From the NCBI GenBank assembly GCA_012719255.1, contig JAAYAS010000272.1:1-34372 (forward strand): DNA of 34,372 nucleotides. Direction: 5' to 3'. The notes under the pieces were generated by a model. That model was not told the origin of the DNA. It saw nothing but the letters and a program-made list of their open reading frames with translations, and did no database searches. The DNA comes from Microbacteriaceae bacterium (GTDB lineage: Bacteria > Actinomycetota > Actinomycetes > Actinomycetales > Microbacteriaceae). A program made the position numbers and the translations under genes. Each line of letters starts with the position of its first letter. The stretch's first letter is position 1. Below, piece after piece: positions 1 to 9,895 of the stretch.

Positions 1-2513
1 ACGGCCTGAAGCCCGTGCACCGCCGCATCGTCTACGCGATGTACGACGGTGGCTACCGCCCCGACCGTGGGTACAACAAGTGCTCGCGCGTCGTCGGTGA
101 CGTCATGGGGCAGTACCACCCGCACGGTGACTCGGCGATCTACGACGCCATGGTGCGCCTCGTCCAGCCGTGGTCGATGCGCTACCCGCTCGCGCTCGGC
201 CAGGGCAACTTCGGCTCGGCCGGCAACGACGGCGCCGCCGCGCCTCGGTACACCGAGACGAAGATGGCCCCGCTCGCCCTCGAGATGGTGCGGGACATCG
301 AAGAGGACACCGTCGACTTCATGGAGAACTACGACGGGCAGACCCAGGAGCCGACGGTGCTGCCCGCCCGGTTCCCGAACCTGCTCGTCAACGGCTCCGA
401 GGGCATCGCCGTCGGCATGGCCACGAAGATCCCGCCGCACAACCTCCGCGAGGTCGCCGAGGGCGCGCTCTGGGCGCTCGAGCACCCCGAGGCGAGCCGC
501 GAGGAGCTGCTCGAGGCGCTCATCGAGCGCATCCCCGGCCCCGACTTCCCGACCGGCGCGACGATCCTCGGCAACAAGGGCATCCAGGAGGCCTACCGCA
601 CCGGCCGCGGCTCGATCACGATGCGCGCGGTCGTCAACGTCGAGGAGATCGGCCACCGCACGGCGCTCGTCGTCACCGAGCTGCCCTACCAGGTGAACCC
701 CGACAACCTCGCGAACAAGATCGCCGAGCTCGTCAAGGACGGCAAGCTCCAGGGCATCGCCGACATCCGCGACGAGACCTCCGGCCACACCGGCCAGCGC
801 CTCGTGCTCGTGCTGAAGCGCGACGCCGTCGCGAAGGTCGTGCTGAACAACCTCTACAAGCACACGCAGCTGCAGGAGACGTTCGGCGCGAACATGCTCG
901 CGATCGTCGACGGCGCGCCCCGCACGCTCGCGCTCGACGGCTTCATCTCGGCCTGGGTCGCGCACCAGATCGAGGTCATCGTGCGCCGCACCGAGTACCG
1001 CCTCCGCAAGGCCGAGGAGGAGGTGCACATCCTGCGCGGCTACCTCAAGGCCCTCGACCTGCTCGACGAGGTGATCGCGCTCATCCGCGCCTCGCAGACC
1101 GTCGAGGACGCCCGCCAGGGCCTGATGGAGCTGCTCGACGTCGACGAAGTGCAGGCCTCGGCGATCCTCAACCTGCAGCTGCGCCGCCTCGCCGCCCTCG
1201 AGCGCCAGAAGATCATGGACGAGGCCGCCCGCCTCGAGGCCCTCATCGCCGACTACAAGGCGATCCTCGCCTCGCCCGAGCGGCAGCGCACCATCATCGC
1301 CGAGGAGCTCGGCGAGATCGTCCGCCGCTTCGGCGACGACCGCCGCACCGAGATCATCCGCGGCTTCGACGGGGGCGTGAGCGACGAGGACCTCATCCCC
1401 GTCGAGGAGATGGTCGTGACCGTCACCCGCGGCGGCTACATCAAGCGCACCCGCAGCGACAACTACCGCTCGCAGCACCGCGGCGGCAAGGGCGTCAAGG
1501 GCGCGCAGCTGCGCGCCGACGACGTGGTCGAGCACTTCTTCGTCACGACGACGCACCACTGGCTGCTGTTCTTCACGAACCTCGGCCGCGTCTACCGCGC
1601 GAAGTGCTACGAGCTGCTCGAGGCCGGCCGCGACTCGAAGGGGCAGCACATCGCGAACCTGCTGCCGCTGCAGCCCGGCGAGGAGGTCGCGCAGATCCTC
1701 GACCTCGAGAACTACGACGACCACGACTACCTCGTGCTCGCCACCCGCAACGGCCTCGTGAAGAAGACCGACCTCTCGCTCTACGACACGAACCGGGCCG
1801 CCGGCGTCATCGCGATCAAGCTCCGCGACGGCGACGAGCTCGTCTCGGCGATGGCGGTTCGCCACGGCGACCACATCTTCATGTTCTCGCACATGGGCCA
1901 GTCGCTGCACTTCGTCGCCGACGACGACCAGCTGCGCCCGATGGGCCGCGACACCTCGGGCGTGAAGGGCATGTCGTTCCGCGCCGGCGACCACCTCATC
2001 AACGCCGCCGTCGGCACCGACGAGAACCTCCACGTGTTCACCGTCACCGAGAACGGCTACGCGAAGCGCACCCCGGTCGGCGACTACCGCATCCAGGGCC
2101 GCGGCGGCCTCGGCATCAAGGTGATGAAGCAGTCGGACGACCGCGGCATCGTCGCCGGCGCCCTGCTCGTGCACGAGGACGACGAGGTGCTCGTCATCCT
2201 CGGCTCGGGCAAGGTCGTGCGCTCGGATGTGCGCGAGGTGCCGATCACCGGCCGCGACACCATGGGCGTCGTGTTCGCCCGCCCCGACCACGGCGATGCG
2301 GTCATCGGCGTCGCGCGCAACACCGAGCGCGAGCTCGGCGCCGACGAGGAGGCGGAGGCCGACGGCGCCGAGCCGGCGCCGGACGCCGCCGAGGCGGCGC
2401 GGACCGCGACGGACGAGGGCAAGGAGGACGCGGCCGAGGCGACCGTCGGCCCCGATTCCGACGACGCATCCGAGTCGATTGATGCAGCCGATGCCGCATC
2501 GGATGAGGGTTAG
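1..2513 (+). CDS. gyrA: DNA gyrase subunit A (5' end lies before the window)
   Basis: Frame is open from nt 3 (GLKPVHRR). Contains [17 protein letters not shown] (catalytic Tyr), GyrA-box QHRGGKG, C-terminal pinwheel repeats and an acidic tail; stop TAG at 2511-2513. Confidence 0.98.
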   Translation, partial: GLKPVHRRIVYAMYDGGYRPDRGYNKCSRVVGDVMGQYHPHGDSAIYDAMVRLVQPWSMRYPLALGQGNFGSAGNDGAAAPRYTETKMAPLALEMVRDIEEDTVDFMENYDGQTQEPTVLPARFPNLLVNGSEGIAVGMATKIPPHNLREVAEGALWALEHPEASREELLEALIERIPGPDFPTGATILGNKGIQEAYRTGRGSITMRAVVNVEEIGHRTALVVTELPYQVNPDNLANKIAELVKDGKLQGIADIRDETSGHTGQRLVLVLKRDAVAKVVLNNLYKHTQLQETFGANMLAIVDGAPRTLALDGFISAWVAHQIEVIVRRTEYRLRKAEEEVHILRGYLKALDLLDEVIALIRASQTVEDARQGLMELLDVDEVQASAILNLQLRRLAALERQKIMDEAARLEALIADYKAILASPERQRTIIAEELGEIVRRFGDDRRTEIIRGFDGGVSDEDLIPVEEMVVTVTRGGYIKRTRSDNYRSQHRGGKGVKGAQLRADDVVEHFFVTTTHHWLLFFTNLGRVYRAKCYELLEAGRDSKGQHIANLLPLQPGEEVAQILDLENYDDHDYLVLATRNGLVKKTDLSLYDTNRAAGVIAIKLRDGDELVSAMAVRHGDHIFMFSHMGQSLHFVADDDQLRPMGRDTSGVKGMSFRAGDHLINAAVGTDENLHVFTVTENGYAKRTPVGDYRIQGRGGLGIKVMKQSDDRGIVAGALLVHEDDEVLVILGSGKVVRSDVREVPITGRDTMGVVFARPDHGDAVIGVARNTERELGADEEAEADGAEPAPDAAEAARTATDEGKEDAAEATVGPDSDDASESIDAADAASDEG

Positions 2514-2524
2514 GATCGGTACCC

Positions 2525-2932
2525 ATGACCTCAGTCGCCGACAAACTCGCGCAGAAGACCGAGCGTCGCACCGCCAAGAAGCAGGTGCGCCTCCGTCTGG
2601 TCCACATCGACTTCTGGTCGGTGGTCAAGCTCGCCCTGCTGATGGCGATCGCGATCGGCATCGCGATGGTGGTCGCGGCCGTGCTGCTCTGGATGGTCGT
2701 GCAGCAGACCGGCGTGATCGACTCGGTCGACGGCCTGCTCAACGACGTCACCGGCTCGAGCGGCGTGACCGTGTCGACGTTCGTGTCGTTCGAGGGCCTG
2801 CTCGTCTTCTCGGCGGTGTGCGCCGGCCTGCAGATCATCGTGACGACGGCCCTCGCGGCGATCGCCGCGTTCATCTACAACCTGTCGGTGCGCGTCACCG
2901 GCGGGCTCGTCTTCGGCTTCAGCAACACCTAG
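2525..2932 (+). CDS. DUF3566-family membrane protein (Rv0007-like)
   Basis: VRLRLVHIDFWSVVK ... AFIYNL..GG pattern with two TM segments; canonical position between gyrA and tRNA-Ile in Actinobacteria. Confidence 0.88.
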   Translation: MTSVADKLAQKTERRTAKKQVRLRLVHIDFWSVVKLALLMAIAIGIAMVVAAVLLWMVVQQTGVIDSVDGLLNDVTGSSGVTVSTFVSFEGLLVFSAVCAGLQIIVTTALAAIAAFIYNLSVRVTGGLVFGFSNT

Positions 2933-2976
2933 GCCGAACCGGCCCGATTCGGAGTTGGCGAGCAGCGCGGCCCTTG

Positions 2977-2985
2977 TGGTAGTGT
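2977..2985 (+). promoter_or_regulatory. Probable extended -10 promoter for tRNA-Ile/tRNA-Ala
   Basis: TGG-TAGTGT (TGn-TAnnnT) about 36 nt upstream of the mature tRNA-Ile; TTGGCG at 2955-2960 is a weak -35 candidate (19-nt spacer). Confidence 0.45.
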
Positions 2986-3021
2986 TCTTGCTTGTGCCGA
3001 TCCGAATCGGGTCGTGACCAC

Positions 3022-3098
3022 GGGGCTATAGCTCAGGCGGTTAGAGCGCTTCGCTGATAACGAAGAGGTCCGAGGTTCAAGTCCTCGTAGCCCCACCA
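3022..3098 (+). tRNA. tRNA-Ile (GAT)
   Basis: Acceptor GGGGCTA/TAGCCCC, anticodon arm CTTCG-CTGATAA-CGAAG, T-loop TTCAAGT, encoded CCA. Confidence 0.97.
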
Positions 3099-3109
3099 TC
3101 TGCTCTCGA

Positions 3110-3185
3110 GGGGCCTTAGCTCAATTGGTAGAGCGCCTGCTTTGCAAGCAGGAGGTCGGGGGTTCGATTCCCCCAGGCTCCACCA
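3110..3185 (+). tRNA. tRNA-Ala (TGC)
   Basis: Acceptor GGGGCCT/AGGCTCC with G3:U70, anticodon arm CCTGC-TTTGCAA-GCAGG, TTCGATT, encoded CCA. Confidence 0.97.
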
Positions 3186-3210
3186 CCTGCGATGCGTCGC
3201 GAGACCGTCC

Positions 3211-4554
3211 TCACGCCCCCGCGGCGTCGCGCTTCGAGGTCTCGGCGACGAGCTCGCCGGCGATCCGCTCCCAGTGCCGCAGCCGCTCGCGGTGCTCGTC
3301 GCGGGCGACGGCGCCCGCATCCTGCAGCATCGCGATCACCTTGCGGGGCACCTGCAGGGTGCCGCCGGCGTAGTGGAGCACCTCCTCGAGCGCGAGGTCG
3401 ATGAGCTCGTCGACGCGCTGCGGCCGGTGCACGAGCCGCACGACGCCCTCGTGCGGCACCGAGTGGGGGAGGTCCTGCTGCTGCACGAGCGTGCGCAGCA
3501 CGCGGTGCAGCTCGTCGAGCACCTGCACGGCGGTGGTCGGATCGTTGATGCCCGACGAGAGCGCCCGCTCGGCGATGTCGACGAGCTTGCGGATGCCGAA
3601 GGCCGGGTCCTGCGTGAAGCGGCGGTCCTGCTCGACGACGACCGCGGCGCGCAGCGCGCGGCGCTCGGCGTCGTCGAGCTCGTCGGCGCCCGCATCCCGC
3701 CACACCCGCATCGCGGTCGCGCCCTCGACGACGAACTCGCCGACCGGCGGCACGACCTCGACGATCGCGTCGTGCTCGACGGCCCAGTCGAGCAGCCGCC
3801 GGTGGTCGACCTCGGTGACGTTGCCGTGCTGCTCGGCGAGCACCTCCTCGGCGCGCATGCCGGCCGGCGGCGAGAACCGGTCGGCGGGCGGGTCGTCGAG
3901 GTCGTCGAAGCGGGAGGGATGCGGGAAGTAGCGGTCGACCACGCGCATCGTCGTCTCGCCGAGGTGCGACACGATCGTCGTCACCTTGATCGAGTCGGTG
4001 ATGTGGTGGATGAACGCCATGAACAGCCCCACGCTCGCGAGCACGAGCAGGAACGCCACGGTCACCGAGATCTGCGGCACGAACGCGTCGATCCCGTCGG
4101 CGTCGCCCCGCACCGACCGGTGCACGGCGAGCGAGTAGACGAACGAGGCGGCGAACACGCCGAGCGTCGTCTGCGTGATGCGGCTCGCGAGGAAGTCGTC
4201 GAGCGCGCGCGGCGTGAACTGGCTGCTCGCGAGCTGGATGACGACCATCGTGATCGAGAAGACGAGGCCGGTCACCGAGATCATCGCGCCGGCGATGTTG
4301 CCGAGCAGGTCGCGCGCGCCGCTCGGACCGCCCTGGTAGAAGAGGTCGAGGTGCTGGTCGAACGAGCGGTCGAGCAGCGGCAGCACGAGGCCGAGCACCG
4401 CGGCGGCGGCGAGGATGCACGTGGGCAGCATCCAGAACGGCCGCCACAGCCGCTGCCAGCGCGACTCGCGCCGCACGCGCGGCAGCAGCTCGATGAGCGG
4501 ATCGTGCCGGTCGTCGGCGCCCGCGCCGTCGCGGTTCGTGTCGGTGGTGCTCAC
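3211..4554 (-). CDS. DUF2254-family predicted membrane protein
   Basis: 447 aa with N-terminal TM helices; motifs FSITMV..QLASSQFTPR and QDP.FG.R.LVDIA.RALS.GINDPTTA typical of DUF2254. Confidence 0.88.
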   Translation of the reverse strand: MSTTDTNRDGAGADDRHDPLIELLPRVRRESRWQRLWRPFWMLPTCILAAAAVLGLVLPLLDRSFDQHLDLFYQGGPSGARDLLGNIAGAMISVTGLVFSITMVVIQLASSQFTPRALDDFLASRITQTTLGVFAASFVYSLAVHRSVRGDADGIDAFVPQISVTVAFLLVLASVGLFMAFIHHITDSIKVTTIVSHLGETTMRVVDRYFPHPSRFDDLDDPPADRFSPPAGMRAEEVLAEQHGNVTEVDHRRLLDWAVEHDAIVEVVPPVGEFVVEGATAMRVWRDAGADELDDAERRALRAAVVVEQDRRFTQDPAFGIRKLVDIAERALSSGINDPTTAVQVLDELHRVLRTLVQQQDLPHSVPHEGVVRLVHRPQRVDELIDLALEEVLHYAGGTLQVPRKVIAMLQDAGAVARDEHRERLRHWERIAGELVAETSKRDAAGA

Positions 4555-4641
4555 GCCTCTCCCGTCTCACGCCCTCCGGCCGGCGCCCCGAGCGCGGCGG
4601 CCTGCCGCGCACTCAGCCGGGCGCCGCGCGCTCATCGCCGC

Positions 4642-5463
4642 CTACACGAACGCATCCGGCGCGAGTTCGGCCTCGTCGACGCCGGGCGAGTACTTCGACA
4701 GGTCGGTGATCCCCGCCTCGCGCAGCACGTCCTCGCACAGCAGCGTGCGCCCGTCCATCGCGGCGGGGTCGCCGGTGAGCACGAGGTGCGCCGAGTCGGC
4801 GTAGACGTCGGGGGTGCGCGAGCGGCGGTAGAGCTCGTCGCCGCCGAGCACGTGCTGCACGGCGGCGGTGCGGATCGTCGTGCGCGGCCAGAGGCAGGCG
4901 GAGGGGATGCCCGTCTCGGCGCCGATCGCGAGGGTCGCGAGGGTCATGCCGTACTTCGCGAGCAGGTACGCCGGGAACGCCCCGAGCCAGCGGGGTTCGA
5001 GGTTCAGCGGCGGCGAGAGCGAGAGGATGCGCGCATCCGGCGACTCGAGCAGGTGCGGCAGCGCCGTGCGGGTGAGCAGGAACGTGCCGCGGGTGTTGAT
5101 CGAGTGCATGAGGTCGACGCGCTTCATGGGGATCGTCGCCGAGGCCCCGAGGTCGATCGCCGAGGCGTTGTTCACGACGATGTCGATGCCGCCGAACGCC
5201 TCGACGGTGCGCGCGACGGCCTCGCCGACGCTCGCCTCGTCGCGCACATCGCCGACGATCGGCAGGGCGCGGCCGCCCGCATCCTCGATCTCGGCGGCGG
5301 CCGTGAACACGGTGCCCTCGAGCTTCGGATGCGGGTCGGCCGTCTTCGCGAGCAGCGCGACGTTCGCGCCGTCGGCCGCGGCCCGCTTCGCGATCGCGAG
5401 GCCGATGCCGCGACTGCCGCCGGACATGAGGACGGTGCGGCCGGCGAGCGGTGCGCTGCCCAT
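4642..5463 (-). CDS. Short-chain dehydrogenase/reductase (HSDL2-like SDR)
   Basis: Start reassigned to ATG at 5463 (MGSAPLAGRT). SGGSRGIG Rossmann motif, AKTADPHPKLEGT, NNAS, YLLAK (YxxxK), LWPRT.I.TAA. Confidence 0.9.
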   Translation of the reverse strand: MGSAPLAGRTVLMSGGSRGIGLAIAKRAAADGANVALLAKTADPHPKLEGTVFTAAAEIEDAGGRALPIVGDVRDEASVGEAVARTVEAFGGIDIVVNNASAIDLGASATIPMKRVDLMHSINTRGTFLLTRTALPHLLESPDARILSLSPPLNLEPRWLGAFPAYLLAKYGMTLATLAIGAETGIPSACLWPRTTIRTAAVQHVLGGDELYRRSRTPDVYADSAHLVLTGDPAAMDGRTLLCEDVLREAGITDLSKYSPGVDEAELAPDAFV

Positions 5464-5483
5464 GCGGAGTCCCGGCTCCCGGC

Positions 5484-6098
5484 CTAGCGGCGGCCGCCGC
5501 CGAGGAGGCCGCCGAGCCCGCCGAGCAGGTCGCCGAGGCCGCCGCCCTGGCCGCCGCCCCCGAGCAGCCCGCCGAGCAGGCCGCCGAGGTCGGGCTGGGT
5601 GACGCCGGTGTCGTCGCCGGTGCTGCCGGGCACGACCGACGCCTCGGCGGAGCGGTCGAACTCGGCCGGCTCCTCGGTGCGGTCGTGGTTCTTGCTCCCG
5701 AAGAACTTCGAGGCGATCCACGCCATCGCGATGGGCGCGAGCACCGGGATGAGCTTCTCGATGAGGCCCTTGTCGGCACCGCTCGCCGCGGCGAGCTTCT
5801 CGTTCACCGCACCCTCGTTGCTGCCGAAGATGTGGTGCGCGATCTTCGCGCCGTCCTCGGTGTCGATCTGCGCGGGGTCGACGTCGCCCGAGAGCAGCTG
5901 CGCGCGGCCGGCGTGCTGGCCGAGGGCCTGCTGCAGCGAGGCGGCGCCCTGCGGGTCCTGCGCGTTCGCCTGCAGGCCGCCGACGAGCGACGGCAGGATG
6001 CTCTCGATCGCCGAGCGGGCCTGCGCGGGCTCGGCGCCGACCTGGGCGGCGATGCGGTCGATGGGCAGCGAGTCGATCAGGGAGTTGAGTCCCGACAT
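5484..6098 (-). CDS. DUF937-family protein with Gly-rich C-terminus
   Basis: Start at ATG 6098 preceded by GGAAGGAG RBS; LP.L..GL..NA, DG.KI..HIFG, LAPI.M pattern; GGLGDLLGGL tail. Confidence 0.82.
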   Translation of the reverse strand: MSGLNSLIDSLPIDRIAAQVGAEPAQARSAIESILPSLVGGLQANAQDPQGAASLQQALGQHAGRAQLLSGDVDPAQIDTEDGAKIAHHIFGSNEGAVNEKLAAASGADKGLIEKLIPVLAPIAMAWIASKFFGSKNHDRTEEPAEFDRSAEASVVPGSTGDDTGVTQPDLGGLLGGLLGGGGQGGGLGDLLGGLGGLLGGGRR

Positions 6099-6295
6099 GA
6101 TGCTCCTTCCGGTGGCCCGGGAGACGGGCGCGTGGAGCCATCGAACCAGGCGGATCATGTGGATTCGCCATGATCGGCGCGACTGCGATCGCTCTGTTAC
6201 GCCGCGTGAAAGCCCGAATTTCCCAGCGTTCGTTCAGGAATTAGGCTGGGGGCGTCTCGGGTCGATCGGCCCGGAGCTGAGAAAGGACTTCCCCC

Positions 6296-7222
6296 ATGGC
6301 TCGCTTTAGCAAGTGGCTCGCCGCCGCAGGCGCTCTCGCGCTCGTCGCCGGGCTCTCGGCCTGCGCCGGCACCGGCGGCAACGGCACCGACTCGACCGAC
6401 GCCCCCGCCGCCGACGGCGACAAGTACGCCGGCGAGACCATCAAGGTCGGCGTCATCGGCGCCTCCGACGAGTACTGGACCACCTTCACCGAGGCGGCCG
6501 CCGCCGAGGGCATCGACGTCGAGCTCGTCGACTTCACCGACTACAACCAGCCGAATCCGGCCCTGTCGGCGGGCGAGCTGCACCTCAACCAGTTCCAGCA
6601 CGTCCTCTACCTCGCGCGCTACAACGTCGAGGCCGGCGACGACCTCACCCCGATCGGCTCGACCGCGATCTACCCGCTCGGCCTCTACTCGACCAAGCAC
6701 GACTCGGTCGACGCGATCCCCGAGGGCGCGACCATCGGCGTGCCGAACGACGTCACCAACCAGGCCCGCGCCCTGCTCGTGCTGCAGTCGGCCGGCCTCA
6801 TCTCGCTGAAGGACGGCGGCAGCGCCTTCTCGACGCTGCAGGACATCGACGAGGCCGCCTCGAAGGTGACCGTCAACGAGTACCAGGCCGACCTGCTCGC
6901 GAACTCGCTCGTCGACCTCGACGCCGCGATCATCAACAACGACTTCATCACCGACGCGGGCCTCACCGCCGAGGACGCCATCGCCGAGGACGACCCGGCC
7001 GACCCGGCCGCCCTCGCCTACGTGAACATCTGGGTCTCGAAGGCCGAGGACGCCGACAACCCGACGCTCCTCAAGCTCGTCGAGATCTACCAGACGAACG
7101 CCGACGTGCAGCAGGGCGTCGTCGACAACTCCGGCGGCACCGCCGAGATGCTCTCGGTGCCCGCGGGCGACCTGCAGGAGCAGCTCGCGGTCGTCGAGGA
7201 CGACGTCCGGGCGAACGGCTGA
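6296..7222 (+). CDS. metQ: MetQ/NlpA-family ABC transporter substrate-binding lipoprotein
   Basis: Lipobox LSAC, F.DY.QPN.AL, NQFQH..YL, PND.TNQARAL; RBS AGAAAGGA; clustered with metN and metI. Confidence 0.92.
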   Translation: MARFSKWLAAAGALALVAGLSACAGTGGNGTDSTDAPAADGDKYAGETIKVGVIGASDEYWTTFTEAAAAEGIDVELVDFTDYNQPNPALSAGELHLNQFQHVLYLARYNVEAGDDLTPIGSTAIYPLGLYSTKHDSVDAIPEGATIGVPNDVTNQARALLVLQSAGLISLKDGGSAFSTLQDIDEAASKVTVNEYQADLLANSLVDLDAAIINNDFITDAGLTAEDAIAEDDPADPAALAYVNIWVSKAEDADNPTLLKLVEIYQTNADVQQGVVDNSGGTAEMLSVPAGDLQEQLAVVEDDVRANG

Positions 7223-7254
7223 CCCACCCCGAATGGTCGACCGACCCCGCGGCA

Positions 7255-7292
7255 CGAGCGCGCATCCGAACCCCGGTTCGGATGCGCGCTCG
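7255..7292. repeat. Perfect intercistronic inverted repeat between metQ and metN
   Basis: CGAGCGCGCATCCGAACC-cc-GGTTCGGATGCGCGCTCG (18-bp arms); flanked by the direct repeat CCGACCCCGCG at 7241-7251 and 7309-7319. Confidence 0.8.
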
Positions 7293-7369
7293 GCGCGTTC
7301 GGGCCGACCCGACCCCGCGCGGCGCGACGCCGCGCACCCCCAGCCGGCGCCGAGGAGAGGACGCGAGCG

Positions 7370-8455
7370 ATGGCGATGATCAGGATGCGCGACGTGGTGA
7401 AGGAGTACCCCGGCCGCGGCCGCGGCGCCGAGCCCATCCGCGCCGTCGACGGCGTGAGCCTCGACATCGAGGCCGGCAGCATCTACGGCGTGATCGGCTA
7501 CTCGGGCGCCGGCAAGTCGACGCTCGTGCGGCTCATCAACGCGCTCGAGCCGACCACCTCGGGCTCGATCGAGATCGACGGCGACGAGATCGTCGGCCTG
7601 CCCGAGTCGAAGCTGCGCGAGGTGCGCACCGAGATCGGCATGATCTTCCAGCAGTTCAACCTCTTCAACTCGCGCACCGTCGCCGGTAACGTCGCCTTCC
7701 CGCTGAGCATCGCGAAGACCGAGCGCGCCGAGCGCGACGCCCGCGTGCATGAGCTGCTCGACTTCGTCGGCCTCGGCGACCGCGCGCGGGCCTACCCCGA
7801 CCAGCTCTCGGGCGGGCAGAAGCAGCGCGTCGGCATCGCCCGCGCGCTGTCGACCTCGCCGAAGATCCTGCTCGCCGACGAGTCGACCTCGGCGCTCGAC
7901 CCGCAGACCACCTCCGACGTGCTCGACCTGCTGGCGCGGGTCAACGAGGAGCTCGGCATCACCATCGTCGTGATCACCCACGAGATGGAGGTGATCAAGC
8001 GCATCGCCACCCACGTCGCCGTCATGGAGCGGGGGCGCGTCGTCGAGCACGGCCCCGTCTACGACGTGTTCTCCGACCCGCAGCACGCGGCCACCCGGCG
8101 CTTCGTGTCGACGGTCATCCCCGCCGTGCCCGAGGGCCGCGAGCTCGAGGCGCTGCGCGAGCGGCACACCGGCGCGCTGATCACCGTCACCGTCACCGAC
8201 GAGGGCCGGGCCCAGCACGAGGTGCTCGGCCGGCTCGTGCGCGCGGGCGTCGACGCCCAGCTCGTGCACGGCGGGATGCACGAGCTCACCGGCCGCGCGT
8301 TCGGCCACCTCACCTTCGCGCTCCACGGCGAGCCCGACGCCGAGCGCGCCGCCATCGAGTCGGTGCGCGAGATCGCCGAGGTCGTCGAGCTGCCCGCGAC
8401 CGTCGGGGCCGCGACCGCCGCCCCGACCGCCGACGCCGAGGGAGGTGCGGCCTGA
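7370..8455 (+). CDS. metN: Methionine ABC transporter ATP-binding protein
   Basis: Walker A GYSGAGKST, IGMIFQQFNL, signature LSGGQKQRV, LLADESTSALDP, C-terminal NIL-like domain. Confidence 0.93.
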   Translation: MAMIRMRDVVKEYPGRGRGAEPIRAVDGVSLDIEAGSIYGVIGYSGAGKSTLVRLINALEPTTSGSIEIDGDEIVGLPESKLREVRTEIGMIFQQFNLFNSRTVAGNVAFPLSIAKTERAERDARVHELLDFVGLGDRARAYPDQLSGGQKQRVGIARALSTSPKILLADESTSALDPQTTSDVLDLLARVNEELGITIVVITHEMEVIKRIATHVAVMERGRVVEHGPVYDVFSDPQHAATRRFVSTVIPAVPEGRELEALRERHTGALITVTVTDEGRAQHEVLGRLVRAGVDAQLVHGGMHELTGRAFGHLTFALHGEPDAERAAIESVREIAEVVELPATVGAATAAPTADAEGGAA

Positions 8456-9135
8456 TGCTCGCCGCCGACTCGAAGTTCGACCGGATGGTCGACCTGCTGC
8501 CGCAGCTGCCCGAGCAGCTCGCGGTCACGCTCATGCTCGTCGCCGTCGCCATGCTCATCGGCGGCGCCCTCGGGCTCGTGCTCGGCGTCGCGCTCTACGC
8601 GACCCGCCCCGGCAACGTGCTCGAGCACCGCGGCGTCTACAACGTGCTCAACGTGCTCGTGAACTTCTTCCGGCCGATCCCGTTCATCATCCTGCTCGCG
8701 GCGCTGCAGCCGTTCGCGCGGGCGACGATCGGCGTCGGCATCGGCGAGCCGATGGCGATGTTCGCGATGACGTTCGCCGCGACCTTCGGCATCTCCCGGC
8801 TCGTCGAGCAGAACCTCGTCACGGTGCCGCCGGGCGTCGTCGAGGCGGCGCGCGCCTCGGGAGCGGGCCGGCTGCGCACGCTGCTCACGGTGGTCATCCC
8901 CGAGGGCCTCGGCCCGCTCATCCTCGGCTACACGTTCGCGTTCATCGCGGTCGTCGACATGTCGGCGATGGCCGGCGTCGTCGGCGGCACGGGCCTCGGA
9001 AACTTCGCGCTGCAGTACGGTTACCGCCAGTTCAACCCGTGGGTGACCTGGTCGGCGGTCGTCGTCATCGTGATCGTCGTGCAGCTCGTGCAGTTCCTCG
9101 GCAACTGGCTCGCGCGCCGCGTCATGCGCCGCTGA
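8455..9135 (+). CDS. metI: Methionine ABC transporter permease
   Basis: VN..R.IPFIIL, EAA motif (VVEAARASGA), SAMAG..GG.GLG.FA..YGY; TGATG overlap with the metN stop. Confidence 0.92.
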   Translation: MLAADSKFDRMVDLLPQLPEQLAVTLMLVAVAMLIGGALGLVLGVALYATRPGNVLEHRGVYNVLNVLVNFFRPIPFIILLAALQPFARATIGVGIGEPMAMFAMTFAATFGISRLVEQNLVTVPPGVVEAARASGAGRLRTLLTVVIPEGLGPLILGYTFAFIAVVDMSAMAGVVGGTGLGNFALQYGYRQFNPWVTWSAVVVIVIVVQLVQFLGNWLARRVMRR

Positions 9136-9282
9136 CCGGCCGGATGCGGCGGGCGCGGCCGCGGTTCAGCGCTCGCACCGGAGCGCGCCCCTAGACTCGG
9201 GTACGACCCGGTCGCGCTTCGCCGCCGCCGGGTCGATCCCCATCCGCCGGCGTCCGCGCCCCGACACGAGGAGCAGCTCTCG

Positions 9283-9750
9283 ATGCGATTCCGTGTCGGC
9301 GCCTACGGCGTGATCGTGCGCGACAAGCAGATCCTGCTCGCGCACTGGAACTCGCGGGGCCGCTCGGGATGGACGCTGCCGGGCGGCGGCGTCGAGCCGG
9401 GGGAGGACCCGTACGACGCCGCGATCCGCGAGATCCACGAGGAGACCGGCTACGAGGCCGAGATCCACACCCTCCTCGGCGTCGACTCGATCATCGTCAA
9501 CGCGAACAACCGCCGCCGCAAGGGCCGCCCGCCCGAGACGCCGCTGCAGAACGTGCGCATCGTCTACCAGGCGGCGATCACCGGCGGCGAGCTGCGCGCC
9601 GAGCTCGACGGCACGACCGACGAGGCCCGCTGGTTCGACCTCTCCGAGGTGAAGTCGCTGCGCACCGTCTCGCTCGTCGGCGTGGCGATGCGGCTCTACT
9701 ACGAGCGCCCGCGCTCCGGGCACCTCGAGAACCTCAAGAAGAAGCGCTGA
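9283..9750 (+). CDS. NUDIX hydrolase
   Basis: Nudix box GGVEPGEDPYDAAIREIHEETGY; RBS GAGGAG; TAGACT -10 candidate at 9192-9197. Confidence 0.9.
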   Translation: MRFRVGAYGVIVRDKQILLAHWNSRGRSGWTLPGGGVEPGEDPYDAAIREIHEETGYEAEIHTLLGVDSIIVNANNRRRKGRPPETPLQNVRIVYQAAITGGELRAELDGTTDEARWFDLSEVKSLRTVSLVGVAMRLYYERPRSGHLENLKKKR

Positions 9751-9837
9751 GCGCCCCGCCGACGGTGCGCGTGCGGCGCCTCCCCGCGCCCGCCCCGCAT
9801 CCGGCCGCCGCGCATCCGGCCGCCCGGATGCGGGCAC

Positions 9838-9873
9838 GACGAAGGCGCCGCTCTCGCGAGCGGCGCCTTCGTC
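9838..9873. terminator. Probable bidirectional terminator hairpin
   Basis: Perfect 16-bp stem GACGAAGGCGCCGCTC-tcgc-GAGCGGCGCCTTCGTC between convergent genes. Confidence 0.75.
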
Positions 9874-9895
9874 AGCGACGCGGGTGGCCCGGAGG

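Noticed and set aside
112-150. Quinolone-resistance substitution in the GyrA QRDR
   Set aside because: Sequence [10 protein letters not shown] retains Ser and Asp at the E. coli 83 and 87 equivalent positions.
6100-6295. SAM riboswitch upstream of metQ
   Set aside because: No SAM-I or SAM-IV core motifs recognised; a TAGGCT -10 candidate at 6242-6247 leaves only a short leader.
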